From: an uncultured Solirubrobacterales bacterium
Lineage (GTDB): Bacteria > Actinomycetota > Thermoleophilia > Solirubrobacterales > 70-9
Assembly: GCA_963815665.1 (NCBI GenBank)
Contig: CAWFHN010000006.1
Location: 196,365-260,364 of the forward strand
Reading direction: 5' to 3'
DNA: 64,000 bases
This document shows positions 39,813 to 46,772 of the stretch, in pieces. Position numbers and translations under genes: made by a program. Below the pieces are notes generated by a model, which worked only from the letters and a program-made list of their open reading frames with translations, did no database searches and was not told the DNA's origin. Within the stretch, counting starts at the first letter, position 1, and each line of letters starts with the position of its first letter.

Positions 39813-40601
39813 TTAGATCAGCTTCCTTTCGTCGAGCCAGGCGACGATCTTCTCGACCGTCTCGTTGGTGTCCTCGTCCTCGATGATCTCCCCGGATTCC
39901 TTCTCGGGAGGCGGCTTCAGCTCGAGCACGGCGGTGCGCGAGCCACCCTCCCCCACCCGGTCGCCCTCGATGCCGACCTCGCCGATCGCCTTGGTGTCGA
40001 GCGGCTTCTTCTTGGCGCCCATGATCGCCTTCAGGCTGGGGTAGCGCGGCTCGTTGATCGCGTCTCCGACGCTGATCACGGCCGGCGTCTCGATCTCGAC
40101 GGTGTCGTAGCCGTACTCGGCCTGGCGCTCGCAGGTGAGCTTGCCGTCGGCGACGTCCATCTTGATCACCTGGGTCAGCGACGGCATCTTCAGGTGGTCG
40201 GCCACCACTGCGCCGATCGTGTAGCACTCGCCGTCATCGGACTGCTGCCCGAGCAGGACGAGGTCGGGGCTCTCGGCCTCCAGGACCTTCGCCAAGGCGT
40301 AGCCGGTGGCGCAAACGTCCGAGCCGGTGAGGGCGTCGTCGGTGAGGTGGACGGAGCGATCGGCGCCCAGCGCGACGGCCTTGTGCAGCGCGCGAACGGC
40401 GCTGTCGGGGCCCATCGTCACGGCGACGATCTCCTCGACGTCGGTGCCACCCTCCTTGACCTGCATCGCGGCCTCGAGGGCGTGGGTGTCGAAGGGGTTG
40501 AGGTTCTTCTCGCCTGAGCGGTCCAGGCGCTTGGTCTCCGGGTCGATCCGCTTGTCAACGGCGGCGTCCGGGACCTCTTTGACGAGCACGCAGATCTTCA
40601 A
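39813..40601 (-). CDS. etfB: electron transfer flavoprotein beta subunit
   Basis: 262 aa from the TTG at 40601 ((M)KICVLVKEVPDAAVDKRID...), with a GAGAGAGG RBS upstream. The longer track ORF was rejected. Confidence 0.9.
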   Translation of the reverse strand: MKICVLVKEVPDAAVDKRIDPETKRLDRSGEKNLNPFDTHALEAAMQVKEGGTDVEEIVAVTMGPDSAVRALHKAVALGADRSVHLTDDALTGSDVCATGYALAKVLEAESPDLVLLGQQSDDGECYTIGAVVADHLKMPSLTQVIKMDVADGKLTCERQAEYGYDTVEIETPAVISVGDAINEPRYPSLKAIMGAKKKPLDTKAIGEVGIEGDRVGEGGSRTAVLELKPPPEKESGEIIEDEDTNETVEKIVAWLDERKLI

Positions 40602-40656
40602 GTTGGGTCCTCTCTCTTGACGGGCGGCGCGGGATATTAGCGCCTGGCCCGACTGG

Positions 40657-40672
40657 TTGACTGACCAGTCAA
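40657..40672. promoter_or_regulatory. 16-bp palindrome upstream of etfB (operator candidate)
   Basis: TTGACTG-ac-CAGTCAA, about 55 nt upstream of the etfB start. It overlaps a second symmetric pair, ACTGGT...ACCAGT. Confidence 0.5.
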
Positions 40673-40738
40673 TCGGTTCTTTCAGCCTAACGGCTTCGCC
40701 ATCAGATCGCGCCGCCCAGCGGCCGCCCTTCATCAGTC

Positions 40739-40758
40739 GGGGCGGCTCACGCCGCCCC
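40739..40758 (-). terminator. GC-rich stem-loop downstream of the anti-sigma gene
   Basis: GGGGCGGC-tcac-GCCGCCCC, an 8-bp perfect stem, about 27 nt after the stop at 40785. There is no clear U-tract. Confidence 0.5.
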
Positions 40759-40784
40759 TCCGAAATACAGCGGCCTGGGCGGCG

Positions 40785-41456
40785 CTAGTCGCCGAACTTG
40801 GCGATCAGCGTGCGGCTTCCCGATGCCCCGGAAAGCCGCAGAACCGAGACGTGATGCGGGTCGACCGGGATTGAGCCGCCCGAGCCACCCGCCGGATCGA
40901 GGTGGAACCAGCGGAGCGGCACCTGACTCCCGTCGTCGGTCACCAATTCGGCCTGCGTCAGCCCCGAGCTGGCCCCCGGATCCACGTCGATGTGGACCCA
41001 GGAGGGCGATCCCTCGTAGCTGAAGACGGTCCCGACGTGGGTGTCCCCCGGGCCCCGCAGGGCATAGGACTCGAACTCCCTGCCGTTCGCCTGGTCCAGC
41101 GTGTGGCGGTAGTGAGAGGCGAGGCGCAGGTCCGGCGAGACGATCGCGAGGACGATCGCAGCCGCGGCGAGGGCCGCCGCGGCGGGCGCGAGCACGAGGC
41201 GGAGCCGGCGCCGGCGCTTGGGCTGCGGCGGCGGGAGCAGCTCGTTGAGCACCCGCGACTCGAAGCCCACCGGGGCCTCTCGGTGCGGGGCAAGCAGCAG
41301 AAGCTCGTCGGCGACGTCCGAGAACTTCTCCACCTCGGCGCGACACTCGGGGCACTCGGCGAGGTGCTGCAGCGCGCGGCCGCGCTCCTCCCCCTCGACG
41401 ATGCCGAGCGCCAGGTCGGCCGCCATCTCGCGGGTCTCCTGGCAGCGGGGGTCCAT
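40785..41456 (-). CDS. anti-sigma factor (zf-HC2, single TM, extracytoplasmic domain)
   Basis: 223 aa with the HLAECPECRAE zinc-finger motif and TM helix LVLAPAAAALAAAAIVLAIV. It directly abuts the sigma gene. Confidence 0.85.
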   Translation of the reverse strand: MDPRCQETREMAADLALGIVEGEERGRALQHLAECPECRAEVEKFSDVADELLLLAPHREAPVGFESRVLNELLPPPQPKRRRRLRLVLAPAAAALAAAAIVLAIVSPDLRLASHYRHTLDQANGREFESYALRGPGDTHVGTVFSYEGSPSWVHIDVDPGASSGLTQAELVTDDGSQVPLRWFHLDPAGGSGGSIPVDPHHVSVLRLSGASGSRTLIAKFGD

Positions 41457-42014
41457 TTACTCCAAGACCTCCAGCTCATCGCGCAGCTTGATCATCGCGG
41501 TGCGGATCCGGGTCTTGACGGTCCCAAGCGGGACATCGTCGAGATCGCTGATCTCACGGGCGGTCCGCCCCATGTAGGCGGAGAGAACCAGGGCACGGCG
41601 CTGGTCGTCGGGCAGGTCGGTGATGGCGGAGCGCAGCTGGTCTCGCTCGTCAGGCTGCAGGCCGACCTCGTCCGCGCCGGGGACCTGGTTCTCGATCGAG
41701 ATCTCCGCGGCGATCACCTCCGGGTCGACCGGGTCGAGGCGCTTCATCCTCGTTTGGTCGATCGCCAGGTTGCGGGCGATCGAGAGCAGCCAGGTCGAGA
41801 CCCGGCCCTTGCGGGCGTCGTAGTTGCCGGCGTGCCGGTAGACGCGGGCGAAGGTCTCCTGCGCGACCTCTTCGGCGATCGGCGGCTGGCGGACGATCGT
41901 CATGGCCAGGCCGTAGACCCGCCCCTGAAAGCGGCGGACGAAAGCCGCCGCCGTGCGGGGGTGACCGGTCGCGAAGCCGGCGAGCAGTGCCTCGTCTGAA
42001 GGATCCACATCCAT
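41457..42014 (-). CDS. ECF (group 4) RNA polymerase sigma factor
   Basis: 185 aa from the ATG at 42014, with region 2 (AQETFARVYRH..YDARKGRVSTWLLSIARNLAID) and region 4 (LPDDQRRALVLSAYMGRTAREISDLDDVPLGTVKTRI). Confidence 0.9.
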   Translation of the reverse strand: MDVDPSDEALLAGFATGHPRTAAAFVRRFQGRVYGLAMTIVRQPPIAEEVAQETFARVYRHAGNYDARKGRVSTWLLSIARNLAIDQTRMKRLDPVDPEVIAAEISIENQVPGADEVGLQPDERDQLRSAITDLPDDQRRALVLSAYMGRTAREISDLDDVPLGTVKTRIRTAMIKLRDELEVLE

Positions 42015-42129
42015 TCCTACGTTGCGCTCGTGAGCCGGGATTGGCCGCCGTGCAATCTCGGCTGTCTCCGGCGCCGTAGTACGTGCGAATGGGGGTCGAA
42101 CAAGAGGCACTCAAGGTAAAGGAGGCCCC

Positions 42130-42339
42130 GTGAAACGAACACATCGATTGATTCTCGCCGGCTCCTGCAGCCTGGCCCTCGGCATTGGGCTGGCGGCCTG
42201 CGGAGGCAGCGACTCGTCGGCCGCGACCACCGGCACGCCCGCCGGCAACACCAGCAGCTCCGGCGGCTCGGGCGGCGGGCGGCTACTGAGGGGTCAACGG
42301 ACGGGCGAGAGGCAGGGGTCCGGCGGAATGGGGTACTAG
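42130..42339 (+). CDS. short lipoprotein-signal ORF, possibly the 5' remnant of a larger lipoprotein gene
   Basis: 69 aa with GTG start and an AAGGAGG RBS. Lipobox LAAC, then a Ser/Gly linker, then termination. The 3' end overlaps the convergent mutase B12-subunit gene. Confidence 0.45.
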   Translation: MKRTHRLILAGSCSLALGIGLAACGGSDSSAATTGTPAGNTSSSGGSGGGRLLRGQRTGERQGSGGMGY

Positions 42340-42761
42340 GCCGAAGCCTGCTCGCGTCCGGCGACCGCCCGCTCGACGAACTGGACGATCTCGTCAGTGG
42401 GCGCGCCGGGCGTGAACACCTCCGCCACCCCGAGCTTCTTCAGCTCTGGGATGTCGTCGGCGGGAATCGTGCCGCCGACGGTGACGACCACGTCATCGGC
42501 CCCCTGCTCCGAGAGCAGCTGGACCACCCGCGGCACCAGGGTCATGTGGGCGCCGGAGAGGATCGAGAGGCCGACCGCATCGGCGTCCTCCTGGATGGCG
42601 GTCTCGGCGATCTGCTCGGGCGTCTGGTGCAGGCCCGTGTAGATCACCTCCATGCCGGCGTCGCGCAGCGCGCGGGCGATGATCTTCGCCCCGCGGTCGT
42701 GGCCGTCGAGCCCGGGCTTGGCAACCACGATCCTGATTTTTCTGGCGGTGTCGGTTGGCAC
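42336..42761 (-). CDS. methylmalonyl-CoA mutase small subunit (cobalamin-binding domain)
   Basis: About 141 aa from the GTG at 42761 (the start is uncertain; the track ORF begins at a TTG at 42830). Motifs: [44 protein letters not shown]. Confidence 0.88.
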   Translation of the reverse strand: MPTDTARKIRIVVAKPGLDGHDRGAKIIARALRDAGMEVIYTGLHQTPEQIAETAIQEDADAVGLSILSGAHMTLVPRVVQLLSEQGADDVVVTVGGTIPADDIPELKKLGVAEVFTPGAPTDEIVQFVERAVAGREQASA

Positions 42762-42893
42762 AATTGAGTGAGCCGATTGACTCGATCGCGACTTAACCGT
42801 AGTTGAACAGGAGGTTTCTACGGTTCTCAATGCGGTATTCCGATACGAGAATGAAAAGGGAATAGCGGAATCGGTCCAACAGGAGGCGCATCC

Positions 42894-43091
42894 GTGTACG
42901 ACGTTCTTTTTCTAGATCGCAGGCATGGCGAGAGGGTGCTTGCGAGCGGACTGGATCACGACGATGCCTGTGCCGTCGCCAGGACCGAATCCGAGCGACG
43001 GGGTGTCGGCCGGATGTTCCTCGCCGGCTCCGAGCTCGGCCCCGTGGGCGACGTCATCGTGATCGTCGAGTCCACGCGGCACGCGGCTTAG
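42894..43091 (+). CDS. hypothetical small protein
   Basis: 65 aa. The GTG start lies 7 nt after a strong AACAGGAGG RBS. No recognisable domain. Confidence 0.45.
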   Translation: MYDVLFLDRRHGERVLASGLDHDDACAVARTESERRGVGRMFLAGSELGPVGDVIVIVESTRHAA

Positions 43092-43121
43092 CGGCCGGCA
43101 CCGCCCCGGCCTCATCTGGTT

Positions 43122-46073
43122 CTAGTGGCGCGCCCTCGCGAGCCTGCGGATCTCACGCGCCAGCTCGTTGGGATCGAACGACTCCTCGTCCCGGCCCTTG
43201 TTGTCCTCGGCGGAGGCGTTGGGACCGGGCGGGGGCGGCTTGGCCCTGGATCCGTGCCGGTAGTGCCAGAGCATCGCGTCCAGCACCTGCTGCGGCACCT
43301 GGTCCGTGGCGTCCAGCGGCTGGCCCTTGGCAGCGGCGATGTTCGCCGCCGTAGCGGGGTTGACACCGGTCAGGTTGACGTTCGGGAGGATCGCGTTGTA
43401 GGGCGCCGAGTTCCCGGGGTTGGGCGTGACGGCGTCGTAGAGGGGGACGGCGAGCGCCTCACCGAGGTTGACGGGCTGCAGGCCCGAGACAATCTCGAGC
43501 GTTCGCAGGAACGAGAGCTGGTCGTAGCGGTTGTGGATCACCGCCCCCTGCTGGGTATAGGGGCTGATCGCCAGAGCGGGAATGCGATGGGCGTCGACGT
43601 GATCGGCGCCGTTCTGGGAGTCGTCCTCGACCACCAGGATCAGCGAGTTGTTCCAGATCGAGGAGTGTGAGATCGAGCTGACGACCTGGCCGAGCGCCCA
43701 GTCGTTGTCGGCGATGTCCGCGTCCGGCGTGCGCTTGCCCGGGGATAGGCCCTCGGTGTGGTCGAGCGGCAGCGAGAGGTAGTTGAACGTCGGCACCGAG
43801 TTCGTCGCGAGCTGGTTCTGGAACCTCGTGTTGAAGCAGCTGAACCTGGAGGCGTCTCCGGGCTGGGTGCCCGGCGGGAGGCTCGAGTCGTAGACGTTCC
43901 CGACCTTGGCGCCGATCGCGGGGGTGTCGAAGATGGAGACGTCGCTGTCGTAGCAACCGCCGTTGAGCTGGACGTCGGTCTTGTTGATGTCGAAGACCTG
44001 CGCGTTCTCCGCGGTCTGCTCGGGGGACCGGTCCCTGTCCGGGAACGGCGAGATGCCCGCCAGCGCCTCGCCGTAGTTGTAGAAGGAGACCCCGCTCTCG
44101 AGCATCCGCTGGAAGATGTAGCCGTTCGGCGGGGCGCTGACCTCGTAGGCGCCGAAGTCGTAGGGCCGGTTGCGGCCCCCGTAGTTCTGGTGCCAGTTCT
44201 TGGTCACGTAGTCGGAGACCGCGCCCGCCGCCGTCCAGTAATGGCCGTCGATCGAGGCCTCGGAGTTCGCGTAGGTGTGGTCTAGCAGCGGGAACCGCTG
44301 GGCCAGCGCGTGGAGGTTCGGGGTGATCGACTTGCCGAACAGGGTCAGCGCCGGGTCGCCGTCCCCGCGAGCATCGTCGCCGAGGACCTGGTCGTAGGTC
44401 CGGTTCTCGCGGACGATGTAGAAGACATGCTTGATCGGCCCATCCGCTCGGATCGGGGTGTCGGCGGGTGCGGTGCGGGCGTCGGCGGGCACCACCTGCC
44501 GGTCGCTGATGGGTGTCAGCTTGCGGATTTTCCGGTCGCTCGGGTAATTGAGCACCCCGGATGCGCCGTCGACGATGGAGGGCAGGTACTGGTCGAGGTA
44601 GGTGTCGTCACCCGTGTTCGGGTTGGGCCCGCCCGGGTTCGGCCCCACCCCGAGGCCTCGCGCCGAGACCCAGACCAGCTGCCGGCGCTTGGGGGTCGCC
44701 GCCGCCATCGTCGGATAGGACCCGGTGGGTATCCGCCCGACCATCTGGAACGGCTTGACCCGGCGCCGGTGTGACTTTGCCCTTCCCTTGTGCTTGGCGG
44801 CGGACTGGGCGCCCGCGGCGCCGCTCTTCCCGCCGCTCTTCTTCTTCTTCTTTTTCTTGCCGGGCGGCTTCCCGCTCTGGCCGCAGCGCTTCCTCTTGGA
44901 GAGGGCGAAGACCGCCACCGCGTCCTCCCCCGAATCGGCGGAGAGCAGGTCGCAGCCGTCGGGCGTCACGCTCAGGTAGGTCGGGGAGGTGCCGATCCCC
45001 TGCGAGCGCTCCACGGAGAGAGTTCTCGCCACCTCCATCGAGCGGGTGTCGATCACGGTGATCGTGTCCTGGTTCGCATTTCCGACGAAGGCGAAGTGGG
45101 ACTTGGGATCGACGGCGATGCTCTCGGGATGCGAGAGCGGCGGCGCGACCGTGACCGTCTTGACCAGGCTGGCCGCCGCGAGATCGATCACCGAAACGGT
45201 CCCGCCCGTCTCGCTTGTCACCAGGCCGGTCCTGCCGTCGGTCGTGATCCCGGCCCCATACGGGTAGGGGCCGACCTTGACGTACCGGACGCTGCCGGTC
45301 GCCGTGTCGACCACCGCCGCGGCGTCCGCCAGGTTGAGGGCGACCAGCACGGTGCGTCCGTCGGGGCTGACCGCGATGTCGCGGGGCCACGACTCGTGCT
45401 CCGCCCCGCCCGGGGGGAAGTTCTGGACCGCAGGCGCACCGCTCGGCGGCGGGACCGGGATGATCCCGGCCCTCGTCGCCGCCCCGGTCTTCGGGTCATA
45501 GTGGAGCACGTGGATCACGTCGCCCTCCTGCCCTGGGACGCCCGGGTCGGCCTGCTCGGCGGCGTGCGATGAATTCGCGACGCCCGAGACGTAGGCGGTG
45601 TGCCCGTCCCGGGACATGGCGACCCCGCCGCTCAGGCCGGGGAACGGGATCACCTGGACCACCCTGCCGACCTTGCGCCCGGCGCGGCGGTTGCAGCGCT
45701 TGGAGCCAGTCTGCTTGGCCTCGGCCGCGCTCCCTTTCTTTCCGCGCTTCTTGCCCTTCTCGGTGTGGACCTTTCCGCACGGGATCTTCGCGACCTGGAC
45801 GATGCGGACGTCGTTGCGGCCCCGGCCGGTGGACAGGGCCCAGAGGAAGCGCCCGTTGGTGGTCAGGGCCCCGCCCGTCGGCAGGTTGCCGAGGGGGGTC
45901 AGCCGGCCCTCGGGCTCGAGGTGGCGTCCCGATGGCTGGATACCGGTCGACGGGCCGATCACGCCCAGCGGGTCCTGCGTGACGCCGTATGCGACCGTGG
46001 CCCCGAGCGCAACGATCAAGGCGGCGAGTCCCGCGAGCCTTCCCGGCTTGACTCTCACTCCGCCGGTACTCAT
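43122..46073 (-). CDS. secreted bifunctional beta-propeller (YncE/YVTN-repeat) / phosphoesterase (PLC-AcpA family) protein
   Basis: 983 aa from the ATG at 46073 (MSTGGVRVKPGRLAGLAALIVALGATVAYG signal/anchor). It has repeated ...SPDG/TTDG...V propeller blades. The C-terminal half has HVFYIVRENRTYDQVLGD, LPLDHTEG and DDSQNGADHVDAHR, typical of the phosphoesterase family. Confidence 0.85.
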   Translation of the reverse strand: MSTGGVRVKPGRLAGLAALIVALGATVAYGVTQDPLGVIGPSTGIQPSGRHLEPEGRLTPLGNLPTGGALTTNGRFLWALSTGRGRNDVRIVQVAKIPCGKVHTEKGKKRGKKGSAAEAKQTGSKRCNRRAGRKVGRVVQVIPFPGLSGGVAMSRDGHTAYVSGVANSSHAAEQADPGVPGQEGDVIHVLHYDPKTGAATRAGIIPVPPPSGAPAVQNFPPGGAEHESWPRDIAVSPDGRTVLVALNLADAAAVVDTATGSVRYVKVGPYPYGAGITTDGRTGLVTSETGGTVSVIDLAAASLVKTVTVAPPLSHPESIAVDPKSHFAFVGNANQDTITVIDTRSMEVARTLSVERSQGIGTSPTYLSVTPDGCDLLSADSGEDAVAVFALSKRKRCGQSGKPPGKKKKKKKSGGKSGAAGAQSAAKHKGRAKSHRRRVKPFQMVGRIPTGSYPTMAAATPKRRQLVWVSARGLGVGPNPGGPNPNTGDDTYLDQYLPSIVDGASGVLNYPSDRKIRKLTPISDRQVVPADARTAPADTPIRADGPIKHVFYIVRENRTYDQVLGDDARGDGDPALTLFGKSITPNLHALAQRFPLLDHTYANSEASIDGHYWTAAGAVSDYVTKNWHQNYGGRNRPYDFGAYEVSAPPNGYIFQRMLESGVSFYNYGEALAGISPFPDRDRSPEQTAENAQVFDINKTDVQLNGGCYDSDVSIFDTPAIGAKVGNVYDSSLPPGTQPGDASRFSCFNTRFQNQLATNSVPTFNYLSLPLDHTEGLSPGKRTPDADIADNDWALGQVVSSISHSSIWNNSLILVVEDDSQNGADHVDAHRIPALAISPYTQQGAVIHNRYDQLSFLRTLEIVSGLQPVNLGEALAVPLYDAVTPNPGNSAPYNAILPNVNLTGVNPATAANIAAAKGQPLDATDQVPQQVLDAMLWHYRHGSRAKPPPPGPNASAEDNKGRDEESFDPNELAREIRRLARARH

Positions 46074-46197
46074 ACCACCGCGGCTGTCATCGCGCTGACA
46101 CCTGCCCCTCCGCAACAACGCGCCAGCCAATCGGTTTCGTCGGATGGGGACCTGAACGGTCCGCCAGGGAACGAGTAGTCGACGGAAAGGCAAGAGC

Positions 46198-46671
46198 ATG
46201 AAGAAGCGATTCCGAAGGCCGAGTCCGGCCCTGTTGCTCAGCCTGGTAGCCGTGGTGATGGCGGTGACCGGGACCGCGATGGCGGCTGGCACCCTGAAAC
46301 TAGCCGACTTCGAAGGAACGAGCCGTGACAGGCTCGCCGGGACCGGCGTGATCCAGTACGCCGCACAGCCCTACGACACCGGCACCTCGGCGAAGTTCGA
46401 TGACATCCACACCTACACCGTCAAGTGCGAGCTGGCGAAGAAGGCCACCTCGGGCGGGTTCAAGTGGACTGACAACGTGCCGCCCAAGCCGGGCAACCAG
46501 GGCACCATGGACAAGCAGCCCGATTATCAGGTGCTCGACCAGTATCCGAACGGCGGCGGCTACGTCGTCCGGATGTACATCAGGCCCGGCGGGAGCGCTG
46601 AGCACCAGCATCTCGCCGTGTACGCGAACTGCGTCAAGTCGAGGCAGCAGAACGGCGTCCCGCCCAGCTGA
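46198..46671 (+). CDS. secreted hypothetical protein
   Basis: 157 aa with a signal peptide (MKKRFRRPSPALLLSLVAVVMAVTGTAMAAG). No recognisable domain. Confidence 0.6.
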   Translation: MKKRFRRPSPALLLSLVAVVMAVTGTAMAAGTLKLADFEGTSRDRLAGTGVIQYAAQPYDTGTSAKFDDIHTYTVKCELAKKATSGGFKWTDNVPPKPGNQGTMDKQPDYQVLDQYPNGGGYVVRMYIRPGGSAEHQHLAVYANCVKSRQQNGVPPS

Positions 46672-46703
46672 CGTGGAACCACGCCCAATCCGACGCAGTC
46701 CAC

Positions 46704-46731
46704 GGAAGGGCCGGCGATCGCCGGCCCTTCC
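46704..46731. terminator. 28-nt perfect palindrome between convergent genes (bidirectional terminator candidate)
   Basis: GGAAGGGCCGGCGATCGCCGGCCCTTCC, fully self-complementary around a GATC centre. Confidence 0.65.
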
Positions 46732-46772
46732 GCACTCAGGGACCGGCAGCTCGGCGGCCGCCTGCAAAGGCC

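Noticed and set aside
38839-40227. N-terminal 463 aa of the 1026-aa minus-strand ORF 37147..40227
   Set aside because: This part overlaps etfA and etfB out of frame and translates to Arg/Gly-rich nonsense. ETF:QO similarity begins exactly at the GTG at 38838, which overlaps the etfA stop.
42762-42900. Cobalamin riboswitch upstream of the mutase B12-binding subunit
   Set aside because: The region is structured, but I could not find a B12-box-like consensus or the expected multi-helix core. It is kept only as a generic structured leader in the findings. A covariance-model search would be decisive.
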